NCBI GenBank assembly: GCA_040954595.2
Contig: CM082598.2
Location: 1,364,001-1,428,000 of the forward strand
From: Balanoglossus misakiensis
Taxonomy: Eukaryota; Animalia; Hemichordata
Length of the DNA: 64,000 nt
Reading direction: 5' to 3'
The first letter of the stretch is position 1, and every line of letters starts with the position of its first letter. Positions 1 to 11,714 of the stretch are shown one piece after another. The notes beneath the pieces are model-generated. The model was not told where the DNA came from. It did not search any database and saw only the letters and a program-made list of their open reading frames with translations. The translations under genes and the position numbers were made by a program.

Positions 1-213
1 CTGGAATTTAGCGGACTTGGCGTTGACGCGGAGCTGGGACGCATTCCCAGGATCTGTACATTGGCCCAGCGTCCGTACACTTTACTGATTGATTCCATTG
101 CTAATTTGAGTGTTTATAGATATAGTTACATATAATATTCTGTAAATGAATATAGGTGAACGGCTTTCATATAATTTCGAGTGTTTTGGGTCAAGGACAA
201 GGAGAAATGACTA

Positions 214-229
214 CAGCCCTCTAGTGGCC
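214..229 (-). promoter_or_regulatory. CTCF-like motif
   Basis: Reverse complement GGCCACTAGAGGGCTG matches the CCASYAGRKGGC core; motif match only. Confidence 0.35.
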
Positions 230-540
230 GACTTTCAGTACAGTTACAGCCTATTTCCGTCCAGTATTTTAAATGAGCTTGTTAGACGCACACAGTACAA
301 AGGTCGTCCGTAGAACATGAATAATTGATCGCTTCTTATCTTTACTCTTGCTGAGATATTTTTTATTAAAAATAAATTAATCCATTGAGGTTTATAAATG
401 TTTAATTTTTTTCTAGCCTACAGTGACTGTAAAGAAAGAATAGGGCCTACTTGAAAATATTAAGTGCAAAGAAATTTATAAAGTTCTTCGTTATGGATGA
501 AGGGAAAATGTTTTTGTGTTTTCTTGTTATGCTTTCCCAG

Positions 541-1103
541 CTAAAAGGAAGAAAGCGGATACCACATCTAAAAGCAGGGAAGAATGTCTTGAAGGAGCAG
601 TCAGAGATGTCCGGGAAAAGAAACTTTCCTTGAGGAAAGCAGCATTAAAATGGGGAGTGAAGAAAACAACAATCGGCGACCGAGTGAGCGGAAGGGTGGC
701 TATGGGTCGGAGAAGTGGACCTGCACCGATATTAAATTCTCAGGAGGAACAGAAATTAACCAGTTGGTTGATCAATATGGCTGGTAGGGGGCTGGTTGTC
801 AGCAAGGTGCAATTGTTACGCTGTGTGAAAAAGATTCTTGACAAGGATGGTCGAGAGAACCCCCTGATGTACAAAGACACTCCTAATTTGCCAGGAGACA
901 AGTGGTATCGACAGTTTATCGCCAGAAATCCTGACGCGAAAGCTGTAATGCCGGGAAGAATAAGTTCCAAAGTTACCCAAGTTTCTACAGCTGAGATTAA
1001 TTTGCTTCTTCAAGACTTTGAAAAGAAGCTGCTTAAAGACGTCATAATTAATAAGCCCATCATGCCACAGATAATACTTGTGAATTCTGTTATTAAATGG
1101 TAG
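541..1103 (+). CDS. HTH-Psq + CENP-B-type HTH exon (pogo/Tigger transposase DNA-binding region, no DDE domain)
   Basis: LEGAVRDVREKKLSLRKAALKWGVKKTTIGDRV (Psq-type HTH), then LNSQEEQKLTSWLINMAGRG...PGDKWYRQFIARNP (CENP-B HTH). Pyrimidine tract and cag acceptor end at 540 (phase 1). Upstream exon not identified. Confidence 0.7.
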
Positions 1104-1223
1104 GTTATAATCAAATCCTGGAAAACCAATTTATCTTAATGAAGCGATCACAGTCTACTCATATGAAAATGTTCAATCATTGACATTGATATGTGTGTGT
1201 TCAGTTTGCCTTGTTTGCATCAG

Positions 1224-1991
1224 CTAGAATCGTTTGTGAACGTGCCAGATGTTCTCTGCTTTTCCTGAAGGTATCGGAGATGTCCAATCAGACCGCCAGA
1301 TACATTTCCTCTGCCAGTAAACAAGGAGTTCGGGAATCGACACGACAAGTACGGCTTGGTGGTGTGTTTGCCAGAGTTGAAAGACATTCCGGAAGACCAA
1401 CACAACTTGATACTTGACGGCAAGAGGCAGCTCAAGTTGTTCCAAGTCGCCGGAATCTCGATTGGAGAGGTGCCATTCAACTTGAATGAAGTCTTGTACA
1501 AGTGCATGTTTGAATTGTCTGCTCAGGTCACGTGGTAAGACACTGTTAGTTCTTGATCTTACACACCTTGAATTTGATTTTGTACATACACTGTAGGCCA
1601 GTGTGACTTGAAAACAGTTCTCTTGTTATACAAGAGGGATTTTTTTTTTTTGGGGGGGGGGGGCATTTTGGGTATGATTGAAACTATTTCAGCACCTTAT
1701 CCATTTGTGTGTTCGTAATCATTTATGCATTGTTGAAAATGTGAGAGTTTTACATGGTCCAGCATGCTTTCTAATGTCGCTGTGACCTGGTTATTTTCCA
1801 GTTGTGTGACGGGAAATCCCAAACCAGATTTTCCACCATGGAAAGCACCTGATGAAGAAGATGGTGGAATTGTCCTTCCGGCTGACTACCAAATCTTTGT
1901 TTGTGAAGAGAATTACAATGCTGCTAAGAATCTTGTGGCAGAGGTCATTGAAAAAGTTCAGTCTCCATCACTGGAAATTGTATTTCAGTGA
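1224..1991 (+). pseudogene. HIRAN-like domain reading frame in two exons (1224/1228-1534, 1802-1991) with in-frame TGA at 1266-1268
   Basis: KEFGNRHDKYGLVV...IGEVPFNL...CVTG...GGIVLPADY resembles the HIRAN E-x-x-N-x-x-D / IG-x-VP / GG-x-x-x-P-x-x-Y pattern. GT-AG intron 1535-1801 joins the exons in frame. Confidence 0.5.
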
Positions 1992-2685
1992 AAGTCCCGC
2001 AAATTGTATTTCAGTGAAAGTTCGGCTAAAACATTTCTATTGTAGTCTTTCAATTCAGAGCCTCTGCTAAGTGTCCAAATGTCGACCTTCGTTACAATAA
2101 GGAAAAGTGCAGTACAATATCAAGGACAATTGTCTGTATGCAGCTGTATTGCAAAGTATTAATACTTCCCATCAAGGTGAAACTAAAGTCAGTTTCCCAT
2201 GGTGCGATTCACTTAAGCTGATGATTTATATTGTTTACAAATATAAACAGTTTTGTATGTTTTGAAACTTGTTTCTCATTCAGTTCTTTGAAGTAAAGTT
2301 TGATGTTTACACCATATCGAGCATGTAAGTCAAAGGTGTTTTTTTATCCCAGGACATTTTGTGAAATTCGTCTGTCCATTGTGCAGTGTTACAAATATAC
2401 ATTCTCGGTCATTCAATGACTTCGAGACGCACTTTTGACCATAAACAGGCATTGTTAATTAGAGATGACCATATACTGTTATCAAAGAGTCAGTTGTTAA
2501 AATAACACAATTATGGCAAATGTACACACGTCTCATTTTTACCTTTATTTTAATTTTCTCCTACGCGATATTGACCAAACAAGACAGTTTGGTACAGATC
2601 TTATTCCCCATCCTATTTTGGAGAGGCAACTGAAAGACAATGAAACTGAGACTATTGAAACTGAAAGTGTTACGGTCTCCCGTAC

Positions 2686-3478
2686 TTATAGCTTCATTCT
2701 TAATTTAAACAACTCATCATAATTGGGCTGGGCAGCTTGGATTGCATCTTGGACGTACTGTGGAAAAGATGTGATGTCATCTTCTTCAGATGAAGTGCGT
2801 GCAGGTTTAACAAAACCTGTACTACTTATTACATCAGCATACCAAGCATCTTCCCAAAGCCATCCCTCACAACGACCAGGTTCCCAGTGAAGCATTTCTT
2901 CTCTGAACTCAAATCCAACAGCATCACAATATTTCTTCATCATGGTGGGAGGGTCACTCAACAAGTCGTCTGCATCGATAACCACTGGTGTTTGTCCCTT
3001 GACATCTCGGATATACTGATAAAGTTCCCACATTGCGTTAAAACCCTGCTCGCCAGGAAAATACTTTATTTCGTTGCCATAGGCACCTTTAATTGCCTTG
3101 TAATAGGATCTGAATGATTTGATCGGTTTGCGTATCAGGAAAGTGTGGCGACATCCATCGGGTAGAGCATCTTTCCGCCCTGTTCCTATTATACGGCAAG
3201 CGTGGTCCTTCATAAACAGACCATGATACCCTGGATAATTTCTCTCTAGAAGGTTTTTGACGTCACCAAACTTATAACCAGGCTTTACTGAATCGTCCTG
3301 GTAAAATGCTAAACACTTTTCTTCCCCACAGAACGCCGCTATGCCAAACAATTCATGGAATACTTTCACATTACCAAGTGCTCGAATTGATCTTTCGAAT
3401 GCTGTTGACAAACATCTCGGTGTGGACCATAACATTATTCTTGCAAATTGGCCATCATTTTGACGAATCTTCTCTGCT
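2686..3478 (-). CDS. Sulfotransferase-like protein (Sulfotransfer_5 / BCAT-like N-terminal domain), paralog 1
   Basis: WSTPRCLSTAFERS, FHE, KDHA, LIRKP and PVVIDADDLL..P..MKKYC..VG..F...ML.W motifs. Frame is open upstream of ATG 3435 to a cag acceptor near 3479; true start uncertain. Confidence 0.8.
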
Positions 3479-4184
3479 CTGTGGACAAGGATAGTGGTAT
3501 CGTCTCGTTCAAATCCAAGTTTAATCCAAAATACATATAATTGTTATGAAACACATAATCCTCCAAAAATAATGAGAAATATACGTTGTAAATTGTGTGA
3601 TTTTCTGAAAACTCGCTCCAAAGCTATCATGTCGACAGATGCTTAGAACAGATAAGGAGATCGATCGCTTTGCTGATCAATTCTCAAATAATTTTTCATG
3701 AATAACTTGTCTTGAACATTAACTAAAGTATCACTAGTATGACCATGGGGCCAAATCTCTAATTAACTACGGCCATACTTGCCTTGACATCCTTTCCATG
3801 GCAGATACAGTCCGTGAATTATCCTTTTATGCAGACGTTTTGAAAATTTACGTACGATCAATTCACTCTGCAACACGTCAACTGACCGTTGAAATTTTAT
3901 GCACGGGATCTATATATAAAACAATAATTCAAATGTAAATGGCCAACGACACGGTATTCAGTCAGACGAGCCAGGTCATGTGAGCAAAATACACGTTGGC
4001 AAATGGGATGTGTGGTATGGTTTTTTTATTTATTAACTTTTTATTCGAGTCTCAAAAATGAAAGATTCCATATACTCATAAATCAAAGAAGATTACTATT
4101 CCAATGCTTCAACAGACATGTATTCACAGGACAAAAAGTTGCGATATTTTTGTGATAGTGTTCGGATAAAAGTATCTTCGATTC

Positions 4185-4970
4185 TCATGGCTTCATTCTT
4201 AATTTATACAACTCATCATAACTGGGTTCGGCAGCTTGGATTGCATCTTGGACGTACTGTGGAAAAGATGTGATGTCATCTTCTTCAGATGAAGTGCGTG
4301 CAGGTTCAAAGCCAGTACTAGTTGTTACAGTGGTATACCAACTGTCTTCCCAAAACCACTCGTCACAACGACCAGGTTCCCAGTGAAGCATTTCTTCTCT
4401 GAAGTCAAATCCAACAGCATCACAATATTTCTTCATCATGGTGGGAGGGTCACTCAACAAGTCGTCTGCATCGATGACCACCGGTGTTTGACCTTCGACA
4501 TCCAGGATATGTTGGTAAAGTTTCCACATGTCACAAAAACCCGCATCACTCAAAATAAACTTCTTCCCGCTACCATAGACACCTGTAAATGTCTTGTAAA
4601 AGGAAGGGACCGATTTGATCGGTTTGCGTATCAGGAAAGTGTGGCGACATCCATCGGGTAGAGCATCTTTCCGACCTGTTCCTATTATACGGTAAGCGTG
4701 GTCCTTCATAAACACACCATGATACCCTGGATAATCTTTCTCCATGATCTCTTTTACGTCAGAGAATTTATACCCGGGCTTCACTGGTCTGTCTGGCAAA
4801 TGCGTGTAACATCTCTCCTCCCCAGAATATGCTGCGACGCCGAACAATTCATGGAAGACTTTGACATCCCTCAGTTGTCGAACTGATCGCTCAAACGCTG
4901 TTGACAAACATCTCGGCGCCACCCATAAAATTACTCTGGAAAAAGCTCCATCGTTGACGTTCTCACTCAT
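4185..4970 (-). CDS. Sulfotransferase-like protein (Sulfotransfer_5 / BCAT-like N-terminal domain), paralog 2
   Basis: Same motifs (WVAPRCLSTAFERS); ATG at 4970 (MSENVNDG) follows a tag acceptor; tandem duplicate of 2686-3478. Confidence 0.85.
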   Translation of the reverse strand: MSENVNDGAFSRVILWVAPRCLSTAFERSVRQLRDVKVFHELFGVAAYSGEERCYTHLPDRPVKPGYKFSDVKEIMEKDYPGYHGVFMKDHAYRIIGTGRKDALPDGCRHTFLIRKPIKSVPSFYKTFTGVYGSGKKFILSDAGFCDMWKLYQHILDVEGQTPVVIDADDLLSDPPTMMKKYCDAVGFDFREEMLHWEPGRCDEWFWEDSWYTTVTTSTGFEPARTSSEEDDITSFPQYVQDAIQAAEPSYDELYKLRMKP

Positions 4971-5459
4971 TTTAGGTCTAGTGAAAAAGGAAAATATCAA
5001 CGCCTTATATTTCTGATTAACTAAATTCCCGTGGTCTGCTACAAAATGAATCAACAATCGTATAAAAGTGTACATATTCTGTCATTGATTTTTGCATTCA
5101 CTATATCGATGTGTTTTCTGTCCTTGTGCTAGCTGCTTTGTACTCTTTCGTCACTTTCCTTTTTCAGTATTATTGGCCGATTGTAATAAGCCCTACAAAA
5201 ACATGCCAAAGCATGCATGCATTACTGAAAATTGTGAATGAAATACTTTGCCACCGTTGCGAGAAATGTGTTATTTATCTTTGAACAAGGAAATATCGAT
5301 ATGATTACCTTGGTCACTTTGTTATAATTTCTCTTTGTATTAAATATTATTGATCCCATTTAACGTTTTCCAATAAAAATCTTGAAGTATACGAGTTTTG
5401 TTTTCGCCACTACCCCTAATGGGCCAGTTATATGCATCCAATATTCCCAACTTTCAGTC

Positions 5460-5600
5460 ACTCGTTGCGTTTTCCTCATCTTGTTTCCTGACGCGCATGC
5501 GCAAATTGTATTTTCATCCCTGAGTGATTCGGAAGAGAAACCTACTTCATCGTTATGTGGACGCGGATGTGAATGAAAATATCAGTGGATTTGTTTGGCA
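5460..5600 (+). promoter_or_regulatory. CpG-containing promoter / first non-coding exon of the CHST gene; possibly bidirectional
   Basis: NRF1-type palindrome GCGCATGCGC at ~5493-5502; donor gca|gtaagg at ~5599; lies between divergent genes. Confidence 0.45.
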
Positions 5601-6413
5601 GTAAGGTTAGAGATCATTATGAAACTGGTGGCTATCGCCTGTACGCCTTGAGGCACGGAGCAATATATATTTACAACAACAACATCCATGTAGTTTTATG
5701 ATAGACACCTGCATTCACCTATTCAAGGTAGGATCGTTAATTTCATAATAGTACCGCTTCATATATTGTATCTCGTTTTGTTTTGTTTAAAAGTGATATA
5801 ATGAACAGTTTATCGAGAGGGTATAAGTACCAGTTAACTGTTCGTTTCTTCTCATAATATTGTTTATTTCATTCATTTTGGTGCAAATTAAACACACGTA
5901 TGGTACCATATGTTTAATGACCAGCAGCGGCCATTTTGAGGAATTCTTAATTAGCCAAACACTTCCGGGTGGTTTGACGTTTTTATACTTTGTCACAACG
6001 CCAAAATCCACATAGTGGCAATACAGTTTAATTGCGAAGAGAAAAATATTTTAGGCTTTGTCTATATACTGTGCATCTTCTTACCAGTCAACGCAGTCAG
6101 TCTGATATCATTTCAGAACTTGAGAATTCGCCGTTAGAGGGCGCTCTCGAACCACGGATTTTCCAATTTAAAAGCTGATTAAATAGTGATTATTTTAATT
6201 TGTAATGCATTTGAATACTATATAAAAGGTGTAAAGGATGCCACACAGGTCTGTCCTCCTAAATCATGCCTGCAAACTAACTTTACCCCTCTTTAAAGGG
6301 AAATAGAAGTATATAAGGTTTACAAGGGTATAAAATTTCCCTCTGTGTCTATAAACTGTTGTCTTTCATCTTACAGAAGCTGATCTTGGACGTGTTTAAT
6401 CTGACTCTGCATA

Positions 6414-6525
6414 ATGGTTGTGCTGATATTTGAAGCGAGGAATGCTGGGATGTTTTGTGTTTTTGTCTCTATAGGGATGATTCTGGGTGTGGTTATGATC
6501 ATGTATACATTGTCATCAGAATCAG
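6414..6525 (+). CDS. CHST coding exon 1 (type II membrane anchor)
   Basis: MVVLIFEARNAGMFCVFVSIGMILGVVMIMYTL hydrophobic segment; donor cag|gttggt, phase 1. Confidence 0.7.
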
Positions 6526-6725
6526 GTTGGTTGAAACTTTTATTTTGTTACGTTTCTGTAAGCATAACCCCTCTCCATGGCAGTGTTTCATTCAGGATGG
6601 TATCAGCAGTAGGGATATGTCCCCCTTTGCCAGAATATTTCGGGGGGGGGGGGGGGGGAATCCACTCTGGCAATTGGGATTGTGATATCTTCAACATGGG
6701 AATTAATGACATCATTTATAGGGGC

Positions 6726-7106
6726 ACTGGTCCCCTGCCCCAATCCCACAGCTGGCTGCGCTACGCTAAAGGGAAAAGGTCAGGCACGGCCTATTGTAAA
6801 CATGGCTCTCATTGGTCAATACATACGAACCTTAAGTTGTTAAGTTGATAAGTTGTTGTAAGATACTCATTACCCGTTCTCTCCTTCACCTCCATGAATG
6901 TTTATCATTCGATTTCCAACTTTACAACAAACGAAACAAAATAAACTGCCTGGATGAATCTTGACTGGCGTACGGACAATGAAGGCATCCATCTTGTTTA
7001 TGATCATGTGGTCGTCCCAGGTTTCTGGGCATGAAATTGGGCCGTACCTGACCCCTTTCCCTTTAGCGTAGCGCAGCCAGCTGTGGGATTGGGGCAGGGG
7101 ATCAGA
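6726..7106. mobile_element. Foldback/MITE-like element with ~60-bp terminal inverted repeats
   Basis: 6731-6791 (tcccctgccccaatcccacagctggctgcgctacgctaaagggaaa...) is the near-perfect reverse complement of 7040-7101. Confidence 0.7.
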
Positions 7107-7909
7107 CTAGCCTGTGATATCATCTGTTTAACTTTGTCTGTATGGACTTGTGCGCATGCCCACTTGTTTGGCATCTCGCCATGTCTACCCTTTGAGCTAG
7201 CAGCATTAAAAGTGATGTTCTGTGTTTGCTTGTAATACATTGCCTAGTTGTCTGTCATTCATCCCGATCGTTCACTGTCGAGAGGCCGTAACCTTGACAG
7301 TGCCAACATGTCAACAGGGGGTGAATCCCCCCATCCCCCCCCTTCGAGATGAAACCTATACTCTCTCACAGCTCACAATTTCCTACAACAAGGCTCTTCA
7401 CTGACGCGCCCTCAACTGTTTGGCAAAGGAGAAGCACTGTTTGGTGTTGTGTAGCCTCTCTAATGGGGCACACATGCAATCAGTCCACACATAAGCCTGC
7501 ATGGACGACGAGAGGGGATGTGAGAGAGTCTACCTCTCCATGTACATTTCATGCATGTTGTATATTTCGGCCAACGCAACCTCGGCCACTGATATATATT
7601 TCTGCGCGCAGGGGGGGTCGTAGTCCGTCTGCGTACAAAGGTTACTTGGTTTCAGCGATGTCACAAAGCAGATCGTTGTATTTCAGTCGAAATCTTCAAG
7701 GTACCAAGTACTCCCTAGGACAAAATGGTTGCATCTTCACTGGCAATCACAAACTTGTCAGGAGAGCATTTCAAAGTCTGTGCAAGCATTTATGCTGTGA
7801 GAGAGTCTAGATGAAACACTGCATGGAACTACATACTGCTGTAACTTCAATCATGTTTCCATTTGCCACTTCATTACACATTGTAGATGCACTGATCAAT
7901 ATCCTTTAA

Positions 7910-8252
7910 AGCCAAAGTAACTCTAACTTTTGGCTATTTTATTTTCAGTATTTGTCTCCCATGTATCAACTGTGGTTTCTTGTTCTTCTCTGGATAAATT
8001 TATGAACTGTTCAGTCTTTGGCTTCTTAACAAAGCCTGTATATGAGTAAAGGTCATTGTTATTGTTGATAAAAGAATTCATGTCTGGTCTTGAATTCAAT
8101 TTTCAGCAGTAATAATGCTGATTACTACAAGAAGGCTATGTTGAAAAATGAAATGCTGAGCAATTACTTCTATGTTTTACTGAGTAGAAAGAGAAACCAG
8201 AGTTGATACACAACAAATGAGAAGGCTGAGACAGATCAGGGTTACTTGGGCT
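7910..8252. mobile_element. TTAA-target (Kolobok-like) MITE, diverged
   Basis: ttaa|agccaaagtaactctaac ... gggttacttgggct|tcaa imperfect TIR; internally related to 8386-8714. Confidence 0.55.
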
Positions 8253-8385
8253 TCAATTCTTACACAGCCATTTCAATGCATGTGGGTGTAAACTTCACAT
8301 TGAAAACAGTGGGGCTAAACCAAATTGTCTGCATTGAAAGAGTAACTGATTTGTGGAAATATCTGTTCCAACCCGAGTGAATTAA

Positions 8386-8714
8386 AGGGATGTTATCTGT
8401 AACTTTTGGCTTTATTTTCCAGTATTTTTGTTCTGTCTACCAAATGCAAATTTTTGCTGTACTCCAAACAGCATGCTTATATACCCAGTGCTCTGCTTGT
8501 CAGCATACCATGTATGTGTGTAATGGCCGTTGTTATTGTTGACAAATGAATTCTAGCCCGGACTTGAATTCAAGTTTTGCACAAGAACATATAGGGTGTG
8601 TTGATAAGAAATGCCGGAGATTTAATAATGTTTCAGGAATTTTGGCAAGAAACGCAGTAGACACACAAACAAAAAATCTTGAAGTCATAGAGAAAAGTTA
8701 CAGCTAATAGAGCC
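8386..8714. mobile_element. TTAA-target (Kolobok-like) MITE, family B
   Basis: ttaa|agggatgttatctgtaactttt ... aaaagttacagctaatagagcc|ttaa; related partial copies at ~47380-47636 (inverted) and ~57686-57845. Confidence 0.7.
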
Positions 8715-8760
8715 TTAATATTCTCTGCTAATGTTTGTGATTTCTTCTGTATTTTCACAG

Positions 8761-8837
8761 ATAAGCTGATGACGTACTCTGGTCACAAAGATTTCCATGG
8801 TAAATCCAGACAAAAAACTAATAATATGAAAGTTGTG
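8761..8837 (+). CDS. CHST coding exon 2 (stem region)
   Basis: ttttcacag| acceptor (phase 1), open frame DKLMTYSGHK...NMKVV, gtg|gtaagg donor (phase 0). Confidence 0.65.
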
Positions 8838-9236
8838 GTAAGGAAAAATTAATACTGAAAATCAGATGCTGATCAGTGTTGACCAATTCACAAAATGAGC
8901 AACAATGATAATTTTGTTTGCTCTTTGCAAATCTTCTAATTTTGAGTTATCTGACAATGCCACAGGAAATTTATACATTGTAAGCGTCTACTGTTAAGAG
9001 TTGAGGTCTGCGATCTCTTTGTATACATGTATTTATGCTCGACTGCAGTTCCAGAAGACAGAAACTGCGGTCAAGCATATTTTTTATTTTACACTTTGTC
9101 ATGCATTGTATGTGCTCCCTGATTTCACTGGAAACTTTGAAAGGTGTAGTTGGACTGACTTTTATTTTTATAATGTACCACATATCTCTGAACTGACTTA
9201 ATTCAATTTGATATGTTTTTTTCTTTGAATATACAG

Positions 9237-10019
9237 GTTCATCATTCGTCCATGGTAAAAAGTGATTATGATGGCCGTAAGGAATTATTGGACCACAAAT
9301 GCAAACACATGTCACAAGCCAAGAGCAAAGGGAAATCATCATCACAGATGAGGTCGTCATCTTATGATCAATTTATCGTTGATGATAAGTATAAGATCAT
9401 CTACTGCTGGGTCCCCAAGGTTGCCAGTAGCAACTGGAAGTATGTGTTGTCCAATCTGAGACAAAATTACACCAACAATACCTGGGTGCCGAATTCTCGA
9501 GATAAAAACATCGGACTCCCGACACTGGCTAGGTATTCGTCCTCTGAAAGGACAGCGCGCCTCAAGACATACTTCAAATTCCTGTTTGTGCGACATCCAC
9601 TAGAACGTCTTCTATCCGCATACAGAAATCGTTTCGAGGCGAGGACACATTCGGCGAGGTCGTATGCGGAGCATTTTTCAACGTTCAGCAAATTTGTTCA
9701 ATTTTTGGATGGCAGCCATGTGCAAAGACAGACGTTCAATATTCACTGGCGACCAATAATAGATTTATGCGATCCTTGCCAGGTTGACTATGACTTCATA
9801 GGCCACTATGAAACTTTACAAGACGATGTTGACTACTTGTTTAATCATCTTCATATCGAAAATGTTCATTTTCCAAAGACTTCTAGTTACGCAACAAAGA
9901 GCTCAGATCCTGACGCTCTACAACGCTATTATGCAAATCTCACTAGTCAAGAATTGAACACTTTGTATACAATTTATGTAAATGATTTTGACTTATTTGC
10001 ATATGAAAGAAATTACTGA
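9237..10019 (+). CDS. Carbohydrate sulfotransferase (CHST11-14 / HNK-1ST family, Sulfotransfer_2) catalytic exon
   Basis: 5'-PSB PKVASSNWK, 3'-PB RHPLERLLSAY, HWRP...C.PC...YDFIGHYETL and terminal Y..DF.LF.Y. Spliced product 323 aa; AATAAA near 10349. Confidence 0.92.
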   Translation, partial: VHHSSMVKSDYDGRKELLDHKCKHMSQAKSKGKSSSQMRSSSYDQFIVDDKYKIIYCWVPKVASSNWKYVLSNLRQNYTNNTWVPNSRDKNIGLPTLARYSSSERTARLKTYFKFLFVRHPLERLLSAYRNRFEARTHSARSYAEHFSTFSKFVQFLDGSHVQRQTFNIHWRPIIDLCDPCQVDYDFIGHYETLQDDVDYLFNHLHIENVHFPKTSSYATKSSDPDALQRYYANLTSQELNTLYTIYVNDFDLFAYERNY

Positions 10020-10403
10020 ACTTAAAACGTTAACTTACTGGAAATTTACCTAAGAGAGCTAGTCTTTGCAATGCTATGACTTTCAGTGTGTCTTTTTGAC
10101 TTATTTATCAGTACAAGATTTATTATACCACTTTTTATTAGTTTAAGTGGCAGCATAAAGTGTTCGTTTTGAAATTAGTTTTCCTTGTTTTGTTTCATTT
10201 CTTGGTGTTTGCGTGTGTGAGTATGATTTCATAAGTAGTATTTTATGTTTCAATGTCAGTCTATGCTGAAGTGTTGGTTGGAAACAGTTGTCAGTGCAAA
10301 ATTTGAAATTGTTTTCACATAAATAGAAATGCCAAAATATGAGTGTAAATAAAATTTTATGGATAATCGATACATCTTGAGCAGACTTTTACCTCATGAA
10401 TTT

Positions 10404-10545
10404 TAGGGAGAAGAGAGGGAGGGAGGGAGAGAGAGAGAGAGAGCGAGTCAGACAGACAGAGAGAGAAAGAGGGGGAAGGAGGGAGGGGAGAAGAATGAAG
10501 TGGTGGGGGGATCTGGAGACAGGAGGCTAACACAGACAGACAGAT
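10404..10545. repeat. GA/GACA-rich low-complexity tract
   Basis: gagagagaga, gggaggga and cagacaga runs. Confidence 0.8.
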
Positions 10546-10806
10546 AAAAATGGTGACGTGGCTTGTGTTACAGGTAATAGTTCAGGTGTAGTGTATTACA
10601 TAAGTGTGTCTTCCAGCTTATATTATTGTGGATGTAAATTATTTTGCTGATCATTTCCCTTCATCTGTGAAGGATAATTCATGTATGGGGCCAATAATCT
10701 CGATTACTGCTAGTCAGAAAAATACAATGGTTTATTTCATGTCGTATATCATGTTGGGAGGTGATTTCAATGACAGGATCACGGGACAACTTTATTACAG
10801 ATGATG

Positions 10807-10950
10807 TCAAAATCACCAAAACTCGCAAAGTCGAGAAATCGTCATTTTAGACAATTTTCATGAACTATAACCCATGAAAAATGTGCAGAAATGACAAAAT
10901 CACCAAAACTCGAAAAGTCGGGAAATCGTCATTTTTAGACAATTTTCATG
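10807..10950. repeat. Two-copy direct repeat, ~87-bp period
   Basis: caaaatcaccaaaactcg..aagtcg.gaaatcgtcatttt(t)agacaattttcatga occurs twice. Confidence 0.85.
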
Positions 10951-11222
10951 AGCGTGTTACAAAGTGTAAGTATAAACTCGAATGTAAAAACCATGTTGAT
11001 TTTTCGCGGGATTCCATCGTCGTATCTGACGATCAACATTACGGCAATCAATAAATGCGTGTCTCTTTGTCGATTTCTACCGCTGCCTGCTCTGTGATGC
11101 AAGAAAAGTCGCAACCAAATGTAGATCCAGTGAAAGGGGCGTGTTTGGGCTCGCGAAAATGACGGGACACGTAATCAGAAATTTTGTATTGTTTCATAAT
11201 GTTTTTGAACGATTTTCATCCA

Positions 11223-11520
11223 TGTGGAAGGGAGGGTTCCGATTGAGCAATATGTTTGTTGTTCCATTGTCCCCGGAAAGAGCCGTTGGCGATGAGTACA
11301 AGAATATGTGTATGTGTTAATTAATTTGAGCTATTTCTATCTAGCCAACGTGGAAAGTAGAGTTCCGATAGGTCAATTCATGTCCTATTGTCTCTAGAAA
11401 GAGCCGTTGGCGATGAGTAGCAGAACTATTTCTGTCAATGTGGAAGGGATAGTTCCGATAGGTCAATTCAAATGTGTTTATTTGTTCTATTGTCTCTGGT
11501 AAGAGCCGTTAGCGATGAGT
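11223..11520. repeat. Three related repeats (~110-120-bp spacing) each ending in AGAGCCGTT(G/A)GCGATGAGT
   Basis: gtggaa..agttccgat...attgtc...agagccgttRgcgatgagt ending at ~11298, ~11418 and ~11520. Confidence 0.8.
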
Positions 11521-11529
11521 TGGCCTTTT

Positions 11530-11670
11530 TTTGATTGGCTGGCGAAAGCCCGCGAAAAGATTTCGTTTTGATTGGATAATAAGTACGAGTTTGGACACAC
11601 GTGATCACTCCAAGTACGTCACCACTCCAAGCGTATATAAGCTACACCAGCGGCTGGTTGATTTTAGTTG
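11530..11670 (+). promoter_or_regulatory. Pol II promoter: 2 inverted CCAAT boxes, E2F-like sites, E-box, TATA, Inr
   Basis: TGATTGG at 11532 and 11569; CCCGCGAAAA at 11549; CACGTG at 11598; TATATAAG at 11634; TTAGTT with its A at 11666, 30 bp after TATAA. Confidence 0.6.
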
Positions 11671-11714
11671 CTGTTTGGCCGTGCAAGTGAGAAGACGTGG
11701 CACTCGGATATTTT

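Noticed and set aside
1-135. GC-richer open stretch at the window start
   Set aside because: Possibly the end of an exon, but too short to assign a frame or product.
7349-7810. 153-aa ORF in the CHST intron
   Set aside because: No recognisable motif or splice context; overlaps repeat-like sequence.
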